A DNA stretch of 64,000 nt, from NCBI GenBank assembly GCA_964016885.1, contig OZ024747.1, positions 3,224,001 to 3,288,000 on the forward strand, in the 5' to 3' direction. This DNA comes from Eledone cirrhosa. Its lineage: Eukaryota. Shown in pieces: positions 12,648-25,746 of this stretch. The notes under the pieces were generated by a model that had not been told where the DNA came from, did not search any database, and was given only the letters and a program-made list of their open reading frames with translations. A program made the translations under genes and the position numbers. Within the stretch, counting starts at the first letter, position 1. Every line of letters begins with the position of its first letter.

Positions 12648-13859
12648 AATTAGGAAGTGATATTTCTATTGCTTTTGATGTGTGTTGAATGTATATGACC
12701 ATCAAAACAGTCAAAAGTTGGTAAAAAATCCTTATGTAATGGAATTGTGAAACAAAAAACTACACTCTAAACGATGCTTCAAACATTTTAAATATCAAAA
12801 TATTGATAAACCTTGATAAATAAATTCTCCACTCATGAGAATTTCAAAAGAGCACCATCTAACTATAATGTGTTGATTACCTGCTTCAGCTTATAAACAG
12901 GGTTTGGATTTTTGCCTATTTCTCAGACATAAAATAGGGGTCAGTTTATATTCAGATTGGCTTATATTTGAGTATATATGGTACTTTAATCAACAACACT
13001 TTTCCAACTAACAGACATTTTATTGAAAGTGAAACATGTCTTATACTGATTTTACGGGGTAAAATCCAATTTGGCAATTGAATTTGTCAACATTGAAAAA
13101 AATCAAGGATAAAATCCTCTGGATTTGCCAATGTGGAATTACATAGAAAATTAAACATTATGCTATGAAGTGATTGCATGTTTAAAGCCCTAGAAAGCAA
13201 TTATCTAAAATTCATGAAAGCCAGTGGGAGTTCTTCAGGCCATTATTTTATTGTCTTGTTTGCTTGGATTTTATCTATTTGAAAATTCCAAAATATCCAT
13301 GCTTTCAAACTGAGTATAACAATCACTATGATCAAAGCTTGCAGCATTGAACAATGTGGTTAATTACGAGAAGCACTAATGATGCTTTTCTCAATGCAAA
13401 TGTGTAACTTATAAACTCATTGAGTGCTGTCAAAATGTTAGCACTGCTCATTTTGATCTTATGATAATGGTCTCTGATGTTGCTGTTGGAGGAGGAGGAG
13501 AAAGTCGATTAAATCAACCCCAGTGTATTACTGGTACTCTAATTTTCTGATCCCATAAGGATGAAAGGCAAAGCTGTCCTCAGCAAGATTTGAACTCAGA
13601 ACAAAAATGATGTAACTATGTGCCATAAGTGCTAATAATGGTTTCTTATTTAAGCACCAGGACAACAATTTTTTGTGGGGAAAGTTGATTAAATTGACCC
13701 AGTGCATTACTGGTACTTTATTTTATCAACCTCATAAGGATGAAGGGAAAAGCTAACTTTGACGAGGTTTGAACTCAATGTAAAGGGATGTAACTAAATG
13801 CCACAAACCATGTTGTTCAACATACTACTAATCCACCACCCTCTTTTGTTCTTGTAATA

Positions 13860-15700
13860 ACAAGTGACAATTACTATCAAGGTTTTGTTGACAGCATAAG
13901 TTAGGCAATTGTAATTTTGATGAAGGTTTTTACCTCAGGTATATGCTATGCAACCTATTCTTTCTCTTGATAGGTTACTACAATTGAATCTTTTCATATA
14001 AGCAATTTGTCTATCAAGCCAGGATGTTTGTATTATATCTGTTCATCATTTGGTATCAATTCATTATCTTTATCAGTTTCAGGAATTCTAATTTAAATAT
14101 CTTTAGCTAAATTCTCTCTTTCTGGAGTTGTATATCATTTGGTATGAGAACTCAGGGAGTTGTAGTCTCTAATAAGATAGTTTAGCAGTTTTAATAACAG
14201 ATTTAGGTCAACTATCAAATAGGAAAGCTATTATTTGCTGATCTGTCTCAAGTCTGAACTTTTCTGCTAATAAGCAATGCCACATATCTCAACTGAATTG
14301 ACCATTACAAGGGCTTCTAACTCTACAGCAGGCTATTTCTTTTCAATAGTATTGAATGTGTGTGAATACAAGAAAATTGGTTTCCCATTTTGCATTAGTA
14401 CAGAAGTTATTGATCGCATAGCTGCACCTGTTTCATAAGTTGTGCACCAACTAGAACAGATAGTAAGGCTACTGTAACAAGGTCTCCATTTCTTAATTGC
14501 ATCAAGACATTTGGCTGAAAAAGTCTAAGTCTAAAGTCTGTTTCAGAAGGCTCATTTCATGGTGTGAAGCTACTGAGAGTACAAGACTTCTTGCCTGGAC
14601 AGGACGCCAGTATAAAGCTGAAATTAGTATATTGGTGCAACATGAAATAAAGAACACATCACACAACCCAGCCCAGGAATCAAACCCATACTTTATGATC
14701 GAAAGTCCAACACCCTTACCACTAGGCCAGTACCTCCACACTGACAATGAAAAACATTAATATTGTTTATCTTTAAAGAGGAGCTATAATTTTGAGTAAC
14801 ATGAAGTAGTTGACAACTGAACCTAAACCATAAAGTAGATAAGACTCTTTAGTCTTATTGAGGATATAACAACCTGTCTAGTGCTGGTGCTATGATAAAA
14901 TACATCTAGTATGCTCTGTAAGGTGATTTGTCTGAGGGAGGGCATCCAGTAGTAGAAACTTAGTCATAATTGAAAAATAAGATTGAGATGATTCTTTGAC
15001 TCATTTATGAGTTATGAACTCGGACTATGATGAACCATCCAACCTATGTTAGCACAGAAAGCAGAACTATACTGTTGATGATGATATAGTTAACCCAATG
15101 AAATCTTCAAGTTCCTTGGAATTTCTAGAAAAAGGGAAACCAAATAATGGTTGCAGGTTTTTAGTGTCTGGCAACAACTTCATTTCACTAAATCTGTGAC
15201 ATATTTACAATAATTCAATGATATTCACTTGACATTTTTTAGAGTTGAGTGACAGAGCTAGTTCTTGAGCCTATTTGAGAAAAGCTTGAAAATTCTTGCC
15301 AGGAATCCTTTTATTTTTGCTACATAGAACCACATCACAATGATGAGCTACACCTTCTAAATCCTCAACAATTTTCTGCATTACTCTGTTAAAATTCTTC
15401 CTTTTGTAACTCCAAAAGCAATCATGTAAATTAGTATAATACCTATTTGCTTCAAAGGCTCGAAGTAAGATAAGGGCTCTTGATAATATGCCAAATAAAG
15501 GTCAATGAAGTTTCCTATAAATTTGGTTGAATATATCTCCAGTAAATAGGATGGGAAATACAGCTAGCTGATTATCTGTTAATAGTAGAAGTATAGTCAA
15601 TCACTAAATGCCTTTTGCCATCACCTTTGTTAACTTCAACAACTTGAGAATGCCATGACGACTTTATATGAATCATTATTGCCTCAGACAACTGTTTACT
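13860..15700 (-). mobile_element. Decayed Ty3/Gypsy-like pol remnant, interrupted by SINEs
   Basis: - strand fragments AFEAN..FGVT..RVMQKIVEDLEG (RT, ~15350-15465) and an RNase H-like segment (NGKPIFLYSHTFNTIEK, ~14340-14395). Many disablements. Confidence 0.5.
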
Positions 15701-16059
15701 AATTTCAGATTTAATCCTTTCATTTCCATATTACTAATGAAAACTGTCAATGTTCAAATCATTTTGAAAATAATCAAGAATTTAAAAAGACATAGTAAAA
15801 CAACTAATCTCATTATTACACTGATGTTTGGAATATAATTTAACAAAGTTCTTGCATAGAATTATGGAAGGGTTTTAGATATAAACACTTTAAATGGAAC
15901 AGCTGTGTATCAATGAGCCAGAGGCATTTTCATGTAGTTTGGTAACAAGAGGGTTAAGGAATTTGTGATCTTTATAAGAGCAATTCTGGGAGGAAGCAAC
16001 ACACAACACAATTTTAAGTAATTAAAACTCGGGGAAACTACACAGACATAGTAAAATCA

Positions 16060-16345
16060 CTTAACCTTTGACTCTACAAAATACTTCAGCAATGCTAGTA
16101 TAGTCACTGCCTCTGTCTCTCTCACTCTCCCCATCTCCCACAGTCACTGCCTCCCTCGCTCTCTTGCTCTCCCCATCTCTCACTATTGTAAGCAAATGGG
16201 GGCCCATGTGCTGGCTTCCCTATGGCCTCGACAGATAGAATAGAGAAGGCATTTCCCTGGAGGATGGTGATGGAGGTGTATTGGAAGAGCCATTCCAGCT
16301 TGTGGGTGAGGCTCACACCTGTGGGTAGCCAACTCTGTGCCAATG
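16060..16345. repeat. Unclassified dispersed repeat family
   Basis: Shared blocks CTCTCCCCATCTCTCACTATT, GAAGGC(A/G)TTTCCC and GAGCCATTCCAGCT, also at 7505-7650, 8335-8515, 45805-45968 and 58223-58340. Confidence 0.7.
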
Positions 16346-19300
16346 GTGGTGAGTAGGGAGGTGGTCCGAAGGACACCAGAGGTCTCCACTGCTACAGGTG
16401 GCCAAGTCTGTGGTGATGGTGGTGAATAGGGAGGTGGTCCTAGGGCTAAGGACACCAGAAGTCTCCAAGATTGTGATAATGCAAGGACTTCTATGATGGT
16501 AGAGTCATATATTCTACACACAACAAAACTCCAGGTAGCAAATGTTTATTTCAATTTTTAGAATTAGTTTTCTAATTATGTTAAGCTGGTCTCTGTCAAC
16601 AGATTGCATCTTTTAGGCTGATGTAGATTATGATTGAATATGAAGTATTTTTCAACGCCTTTGTGAATCAATTACTATTCACTACCATTATCAATAAATG
16701 ACATCTGATTGTGTCCATTTACTGAGCCAAAGTAAAAACTCCACTTCGCTGTTTAATGGATTGAAACTATTGGTTTCTAAAATACCTTTGCAAAATGTTG
16801 TGCCATTCTACAGTTAGGACATTATTTATCAATAGAAGAACATTCTTTATAGCCATGTAAGGTTTTTGATCTATAAGAACAGCTTAAACCTGAAATGAAG
16901 TTGATTTACTCCCAGCAGTAACATAAGAAGTATGATCACTGGGTGTAATGATAGCTATATCATTAATGGTGAACATTTCCATCTGAGCTGAAAAAACAGC
17001 ATCCTACAACATCATAATGGTCTTCCTGGCTTTATAGGACAAGTGAAAACTATGGTAAACTAACATTTGATTGGCTTCCCTGCTAAGTCCTAAGGAAAAT
17101 GTATCACTAATGGCCTCTTCTGCAAATGATATAGGAAATTCATAATATATTGATATTTTTGGAGAGAATAGATAGATTGATAATAGGTTATATGCTCTTT
17201 TGTTTCGATAAATATCATTTCATTCACTAACTATATTTTGGCTCCAAATATATTTAGAAGATATGCAATATTTTGCTCTTGAATTGTATTTAGTCCCATC
17301 TTCTTTGGTGATTCCAGAGTTCTCTGATTCATTACAGTAACTAGCTACAATTTCTCCAAGACTCAACAGAAATAAATCCAATTTATCATTCTTATCAGGC
17401 TTCGTAAATCCAAGATATATTTCAAACTAGATAATGAATTTATCAAAGTCCTTTGCAGAATTATCTCTTAACACATGAGAGGTTCTTATTAATGACATAG
17501 CGGATTATAATAACTTCTGAATTGTGAAAATTCTTGAAATCCATAATTTCAAGGAGTCAATAACCAACCATAAATGTGTTATTCACTTCAGGCAACTAAC
17601 AAAGTAGCTTCATTCACTTTTTATAACAAATGTTGGGAGGACCATTTAGTTGTGTCAAAGACATGATGACCCCACTAGTGCTGGTGATCTACATGATAAA
17701 AGTACCCAATACACACTGTAAAATGATTGATGTTAGGAAGAGCATTCAGCCATAGAAAGTCTGCCAAACAAAGGGTTTGGAGGACCCTTTAGTTGTGTCA
17801 AAGACATGACAACTGCCCCTGTGCACTCGAGAATGTAAAATCTTACATAAGTGAGATGCTGACTTCTGGTCTGTCTGGGAGGTTAGTAGTTCTGCTTCAG
17901 TACTAACTTGGTCTATATAGACCAGTCCAAACCTTGCTAGCAGGAAAAATGGATGTTAAATGATGAGGATGATGGCAGTAAGCTGAACTACTCCAAGCCA
18001 AGATGCATGAACAAGCACTGGACTCTTGTGGTCTCACATAATTCTATTAGCAATTAACAGTCTAAGACAATTACAGAATATCCAATATCTCAGCCATTTA
18101 AACCTAATCACACACATAGAGACACATTGTTATAATCAATGATTGTAAATATGATAAAGATAGTATTACTAGTAAGGAGACTATTATTGATAAAGTTGCT
18201 ATTAACTTCCAATGATATATATTATCAAACATCAAAGTAGTTCATCGTACATCGGTTAATTAGTTACCGGTAGTTCACTGTATTCAAGGTTGCCGTTTGT
18301 CCTAATTTTATGTTTCATGAATTGAATATATTTCCACTGTCTTTCTATCAACATTTTCTCGCTACTTTTGTTCTTAACTCACAATCTACACTACTTCTCT
18401 CCATCACTTTACAATCTTTTATCCCACATTTCCTTCACAATGTTTTATGCACTTTCTCTTCATTTTATCATCATCATCATCATACGTCCGCTTTTCCAAC
18501 TTGCAAGGGTGGCACGGGTCCTATTCAGCACAGCATCTCTCCACTTGTCACGGTCCTTCATTTTATTTTCATTTCTGTCTCCATTTTATGAAGATACTGC
18601 AAGACAGAGGAAAAAAAAGAAAGGCAAATAAAAACTAGAAACTAATGACAAAACTATGACACCCTCATTCCATGAACTCCTGAGTCTTTGTGGCTCAAAA
18701 TTCTCAGAGCCATTATTTAATAGTAAATTTTAATGCTGTACCTAATTCTCTTCCATTAAATTGCTAGTAGTAATAAGCACTATACTTTTGGTGACATGCT
18801 GAATCAACCACAGTTATCTATATTCATGAAAAATGTGAGAAGACTTAAGCAATATCATTATCATCATCACTGTTTAACGTCCATTTTTCTACACTAGCAT
18901 GGGTTACATAGATTGTTTCAATGTGAGCAATGCCAGGTCAGGTGTCCATGTATTGCTCCTACAGAACTGATTTGGGATTAGTTTCTACTGCTAGATGACC
19001 TTCCTAATGCCAACAAAATTTACAGTGTGGGCTAGGCACTTTTCTCACATCACCAAAATGGCCACTGTGATTAGAATTGCTATAACAATATTGGATGTAA
19101 ATAATAAGGGAGTTGGGATTTATCGCATTAATTAATTCTGGATTATTAGTAATCAACCAACTATATATGATCTTTTTCTTATAAAAATGGTCAAGAAATG
19201 TCTTGTAAATTTAGAAAAAGTAATACATTCTTCTGTGACTTAAATAACATCTTCTTCATCCCTGTTTATCATTTGTTTTTTCATGTTCACCTATTTTAGA

Positions 19301-19416
19301 TTGATCTACACTATAAAATGTCCCCACTCCTCTCTAATCTGTTTCTTTTTATCTATGCCCAGCAATCTCAATTTTAACTTCACAATTCTTTCTATGTCTT
19401 ACCTAGTCTTTATACC

Positions 19417-19589
19417 TTTCACTGTCTCTACATAACTCTTCCATGTCTTCCCTAGTCTATATTTGTGATATATTTCACTGTCTCTACATAACTCTTCCAT
19501 GTCTTCCCTAGTCTATATTTGTGATATATTTCACTGTCTCTACATAACTCTTCCATGTCTTCCCTAGTCTATATTTGTGATATATTTCA
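19417..19589. repeat. 56-bp tandem repeat x3
   Basis: ACTGTCTCTACATAACTC recurs at 19421, 19477 and 19533. Confidence 0.92.
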
Positions 19590-20289
19590 TTGTTCCAGGT
19601 CTTCCCTAGTCTAGGACTATGGGAAAATTCAATGAAATAAAAGGGGTCATTGGTAATAAAAAATGTTGGGAACCATCCTCATATTGTATTATGCTCTATG
19701 TTCAGAAAAGGGTTACTATTAAAAGACAGGATACTACATTTCATCGATGCTGGATCAATAAGAAGAATGCTGGTAGCAAGTAATTAGTTTGTAGGCTGAA
19801 AGAAAGTATAGATTAGTTTTTAACATAAACCAATGATAAGAGAGGTGTTTATAAATTTATTGAATGATTTATCATGGATATAGGTATATATTCTCATAGG
19901 AAGGCTAAGTATGCTACTATTTATAATTGGTACTTTCTGGAAATAACTGAAACCTTTGTCATTTTCTAGAAGTATACAGATTTTTATCTATGTTATATTT
20001 TATTCTCTTCGATTCTTCAGCTGCTCTATTTACTTTCAAGCTCTACCAACAATTTAATCAATTTCCATCACCCATTTTCACAATAAAAATGTAGCAAACT
20101 ACTTCTTCCATCTTGTAAATAAGCTGATTTGGATTCCAAGTTATCTGTGTAGCCAATTTTGTTAGCATACATTTGAATTTAAACATTTCTTCTGCTGCAT
20201 AAAATCTATTTTGCTTTCATTGCAATTTTATATGCTTCTAATTTACACATCATTACATATTTTCTTTCATTTGTTATCTATGTAGGATG

Positions 20290-20322
<33 letters not shown>

Positions 20323-20327
<5 letters not shown>

Positions 20328-20530
20328 GGAGGAAGTGTGGTAAGGAACCAGGTGGACCATAACGCACCAGAGTACTCAATACTTAGCGTAGTAGAGTGGA
20401 TAATAGGAAAATGTTCAAGAACCCGATGACAGCTCAAGATGTTTTGACAGCTATTTCTGGACTATTTCTGTCCAGAAATAGCCGTCGAAATGGCTTGAGC
20501 TCTGCCGTCGGGGTGTTGAACATTTTCCTA
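20323..20530. mobile_element. Fold-back element centred on a hammerhead stem II, between (TA)n tracts
   Basis: TAGGAAAATGTTCAA pairs with TTGAACATTTTCCTA. The inner part reads GACAGCTATTTCTGGAC/GTCCAGAAATAGCCGTC-GAAA(20487)-TGGC..GCCG-TC. Confidence 0.75.
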
Positions 20531-20798
20531 TATATATATATAGATATATATATATATATAAACGGAAAAAATGAAACAGCTGTTACTTAAATATAAGTAT
20601 GTACACGTACATACATATATGTATACAGACGTTCAGTAGTATGTATATATATACATACATGCACACATAATAATAAATGTTTGGTGAATGCATACGTACA
20701 TATATATATGTGTGCATGTATGTATATATATATCATACTACTGTAAGTCTGTATACATATATGTATGTACGTGTACATACTTATATATATATCCATAT

Positions 20799-21044
20799 GT
20801 GGTTGACAGTTGAGTGAAAAGAGTACTCAATACTGAAGTAAAACTTTAATCATTTTATTAAGGCTAAGTTGTGAGTCTTGTTACTCTGGAGTTTCACCTG
20901 CTTATCACAGGGTTATTGGTCTGATGACCCTTTGATAAACAAGCAAATCTCCAGAGTAACAAGACTCACTATTTAGCCTTAAATAAATGTATATTAAAAC
21001 TTTAATTCAGTATTGGGTATTCATTTCTCTCAGCCATCAACCAC
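20799..21044. mobile_element. Fold-back element (~120-bp diverged arms) with hammerhead remnants
   Basis: GTGAGTCTTGTTACTCTGGAG pairs with CTCCAGAGTAACAAGACTCAC, and CTGATGA at 20921 lies right at the axis. The left arm on the - strand gives CCCTG..CAGGT-GAAA-CTCCAGAG-TA. Confidence 0.75.
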
Positions 21045-22224
21045 CTAAAGATGTACATTATTCTATGTACTATAAATGCACCTTTGCTGAGTTGTAGTGC
21101 ACCTGAGCACTGTACACAATCATTTCATTATCATTTTATAACCATGAGCCAAACACCCTAACCACTAAGTTACAGGCCTTCATGACAGAAGTTACTGACC
21201 AAATATTAGGAGGCAACACGCAAGATGTGTCAAACTGTTATGTGATGTTTGATAGGGTGGTATGATGTTTAGAAAACAGATCAGGTTCCATTTAATTTAC
21301 TGTTTCCACTGTTTAGATACAAACCCCCAAAACCAACTGTATTAAAACAATTCGTATTTGAATAATTAAAATCTTAGTTGACATTTAATCATTAGATTAA
21401 TGACAATATGAGATTTAATTAATTAAGCAAACAGTTACCTTTGCATGTAAAAATTAGATTAACATAACAAACTTTTAAAAATATTAATCTGATAAACCTT
21501 TCCAATTATTTTATTACAAATGATTCTATATTCAAGAATTACAGCCATTGTTTATTTTTGTTTGTTGATTTGATTTAATTTAAATTTGTTAAAAACTATT
21601 TACAAACATTTTATTACAAAATTGAATAACGCCCATAGCCCCCATTGTAACATGGTTAGCATTATGAAGGGCATCCAGCTGTCAAGCCAAAATGCAGTTC
21701 TGTATGAGCATGACATGATCCCCAGGCCTGACTTGTCTCATAACGTGACATTCTGTCTAACCCATGCAAGTGTGGAAAATGGATGTTAAATTAGGCCAAT
21801 TCCATACCAGAACATTTCAGCTAGTCTCTATTGCTTGGAATTTAAAATGTTTTTATTTTTGTTTTTTTTTTCCTTTTTAATTTTTTTTTATTACTTGTCT
21901 CACTAACTCTTTTGATTACCAACTGTAAGGAGTACTCAATACTTCCCCTAGTCTGTCACGGACGTTTAAATTGATTAAATAAATAAATAAATACAGGGCC
22001 AGATTAAAAACTTGGGAGGGGGACTCTGGGATAAATGATCCATTTACCAATACTATAAATAAGGTCCTGTATATATATATGTGTGTGTGTTTGAGATTAT
22101 CTCAAACATGACATCTATAACTTTGAATGTAATATATATATATATAGAAGTAGTAACACAACAGTTCACCATACCGGGAACAATTGTTTCACCATATGCA
22201 GATCTTCAGCTCATATATATATAT

Positions 22225-22860
22225 TAGGAATAAGAGGGATCAGATGTTGTTTACTCGAGAGAAGACTGTTGGTATGGTCACGTGATGCGCATGAAAGACG
22301 ACAGCTGTATAAAAAAGTGCAGGGCGATAAAAATAGACGGTAGCCACGGAGTAGGCAGACCCAGAAAAACCTGGGACGACTTGATAAATTCCGACCTCAC
22401 ACACTTACACCTCTCCAAGACAATGTCACTGGACCGAGATCTTTGGCGCTACACAGTAATACAGAAGACACGCCTTGGCTAAGTACAAAGCAAAACCTAC
22501 TGTCAGTAGGCACCTCTAACAAAATACACCCCCGTCCCACTACCCCCACCCCATCCACACCACCCCCTTCAATGTGAAGTTATGTTGGTACCACAACATC
22601 CAGTCCAAAACAAATGAGGTCGTGTAGGTGTCACGACAAAAAAAACACAGTCCACGCTGTAATGTGGGCGTGTAGGTAACACTGTAAAAACCTCTCAGTC
22701 CACACTGTAAACGTGATTGGTGTTAGGAAGGACATCCAGCCGTAGAAAACTTGCCAGACAGTCCTATACGAGCAGGACAACCAATCTTGCCTCAAGTGGG
22801 AAAACTCCCGTCCAAACCCATCCAAGCGTGGAAGATGGACATTAAATGATGATGATGAGG
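22225..22860 (+). mobile_element. RTE-clade LINE 3' fragment with 3'UTR and (GAT)n tail
   Basis: Translates GIRGIRCCLLERRL..GHVMRMKDDSCIKKC..GRPRKTWDDLINSDL, a typical RTE C-terminus. Ends TTAAATGATGATGATGAG. Confidence 0.85.
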
Positions 22861-24154
22861 ATATATATATAAACAAAGGATATTAGACAATATCTCTGCT
22901 TCGGACTCAGATTTGATGATGAAGCTAATTGGTGAAATTCTGTGTAGGAATAACTCAATGATGGAATATGCCAGATCTCTTCTTCATTTCATATTTTTAT
23001 TCCAATGTGCAATATTACATTTACACCAGAAGAGAAAAACTTGAGATAGCCTCAGAAATTTCAATCCCAGAAAATGAAATTATTAAATCTACTCATAAAA
23101 ATATCTAATCTAATCTGGAGTTATAACCACTATACAAGCATATTGTTTATCATGCTATAAATAGTTGAACAGAAGATCAATTTGACTGGAACAGATGTAT
23201 TTATGGAAATGAATGTATTAAAAGCATCAAAGTTATGGCAATGATTTCCACTGATAAAAGGAAGGAATTTAATTTTATAACATATGTAAATAGGTGTAGG
23301 CGGCAAACTTGCAGAGTTGTTAGAACTTTGGATAGAATACTTTGCGGTATTTGTTCTGGCTCTTTGTTTTCTCAAGAGATCAACTTTGCATTTCATCCGT
23401 TCAAGGTCAATAAAAAAGTAGCAGTCAAGTACTGGGGTCGATTCTTTATCTATATCTCTTATTTCCTTGTCCTCACTCTCTCTATCATTCTCAGCAAGAA
23501 ATCTGCTGTATTCAGACCTGAAGAGGAGATGGACACCACCAAGTTTTAAAATGCCCTAAAAACAGTTTGTCAATATGGCAAATCTATGAACCACTCAAGA
23601 TTTATTGTTCCAAACCATACGAAATAGGTGCAGACAGGGTTATGTGGTTAAGATTATTTTGCAATCTTGTGGTTCTGGGTTTGATCCTCAAGCATGCTAT
23701 GTTAGGCAAGTGAATCTCCCCAAATGTCAAATGTATGTGAAATGTGAGCACGTCCATCCTTCAATATATGTTTGTGAAATGATGGTAATGAAATAATTGT
23801 TTCTACTTTTGGCACAAGGCCAGCAATTACCCAGTACATTACTGGTACTTTATTTTATCAACCCCGTAAGGATGAAAGGCAAAGTTAACCTCGGCGGGAA
23901 TAATGGTAATGAAATAATATCATTATCTTCATCCATTCTTCCATGCTAGCATAAGTTGGATGAGATGTTTTCAGTGATAATTCAATGCCTGGATGCCCTT
24001 CCTGATGCCAATTGTCACGTGTTTTAAGTAAGGTACAGATGTTGACATGTCAAACCACTGAGAAACTTAACCACGGTTTATGTAGGACTCATATCACAAC
24101 AGATATCTCAGCCTAGTCTGTCGAGAGAGAGAAGAGAAAAGGCAGATGGAAAAA

Positions 24155-24690
24155 AACACAGACACACACACACTTATACACACACACACTTATACACACA
24201 CACACTTATACACACACATTTATACACACACACACTTATACACACACACACTTATACACAGACACGCTTATACACAGACACGCTTATACACAGACACGCG
24301 TATACACAGACACGCGTATACCCGTACACGCGTATACCCGTACACACGTATACACAGACACGCGTATACCCGTACACACGTATACACGTACACGCGTATA
24401 CACGTACACGCGTATACACAGACACGCGTATACACAGACACGCGTATACACAGACACGCGTATACACAGACACGCGTATACACAGACACGCGTATACACG
24501 TACACGCGTATACACGTACACGCGTATACACGTACACGCGTATACACGTACACACGTATACACGTACACACGTACACATGAACACACAGACACATATACA
24601 TAGACATACGAACACACAGGTACAAGTACACACATACATATACACACATACACGTACACACACACAAACACACAAACACACATACACACA
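24155..24690. repeat. 18-bp minisatellite derived from (CA)n (CACGCGTATACACAGACA / CACGCGTATACACGTA..)
   Basis: Regular period, with a gradient from CACTTATA to CGCGTATA units. Confidence 0.9.
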
Positions 24691-25265
24691 AGTGTATATG
24701 ATCAGCTTTCTACAGTTTCTATGAAATTCACTGATAATATATTGGTTGACCTGACGCTATTGTAGAACATAAAACACATTTACCCAAGGTGTCACAGATT
24801 GGGATAGAAACCAACACCACATGGATGCCAAGGTGAACTAAGCCACACATCTATGACTGTGAATAAATTAGTGAAAAATATATAGGTTAATGTATAATTC
24901 TAAAACTACCTGCCTAGGAATCTCCTCCATTTGATGTTATAAATAATTCAAAATCATTAATATTATTATTTATCATAGTGCAATAATATTATAGTTGCTT
25001 TGCCAACTTTTATATTCTGGCTAATAAAATCAATATTAGTGGATTGGCCACTCACAGTGAGACTGGGTTCAATGCATTATAAGTAGCAGGCATTATAGGA
25101 GTAGGAATGGGTTTCCAAAAAATCAGCTCCTTCTGACAATGACCTAAATAAGCAATCATAATAGGCTGTGAAATAGTGAAATAGTGTTACTGTCAAAAAC
25201 ATATTGGTTTTATTTTTCAATACATATACACACACACAAATACATATGCATGTGTATGTTAGTAT

Positions 25266-25326
<61 letters not shown>

Positions 25327-25327
<1 letters not shown>

Positions 25328-25746
25328 TATTGTTATACTTGGGGAGGGTTATATTGTTGTAATAATATTGCCAGAAATAACAGAACACACTCACTGTTTG
25401 GTTGGTTTTCGCTTCTGTATCTTTTATATCTCCATAGTTAATTTATTTGGCAATCAATGTTTATCATTGATTGACCAACGGTTAAAAACACAGATATAAA
25501 TATATATATATAGTCTATCAAAGATCTTTCGTTGCACATCTGCAACATCATCAGTGGTACTATTATGTTCCCCCTATTGTATTGTAATGTCTACGCCATT
25601 TTTATTTTATTTAACTATGGAGATATATAAATTAACTATGGAGATATAAAAGATACAGAAGCGAAAACCAACCAAACAGTGAGTGTGTTCTATTATTTCT
25701 GGAAATATTATTACAACAACATGACCCTCCCCAAGTATAACAATAT
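25327..25746. mobile_element. Inverted-repeat element (~117-bp arms, ~185-bp spacer containing a hammerhead), between (TA)n tracts
   Basis: 25327-25443 is the inverse of 25630-25746. A related terminus lies at 31136-31205. Confidence 0.8.
25515..25560 (-). ncRNA. Minimal type I hammerhead motif
   Basis: The reverse complement reads GTACCA-CTGATGA-T-GTTGCA GATG TGCAAC-GAAA-GATC-TT-TGATAG. Stem II is perfect, stem III is the palindrome AGATCT, and stem I is partly mismatched. Confidence 0.62.

Noticed and set aside
24146-24724. 192-aa H/T/Y/R-rich ORF and the opposite-strand C/V-rich ORFs
   Set aside because: Minisatellite translation.
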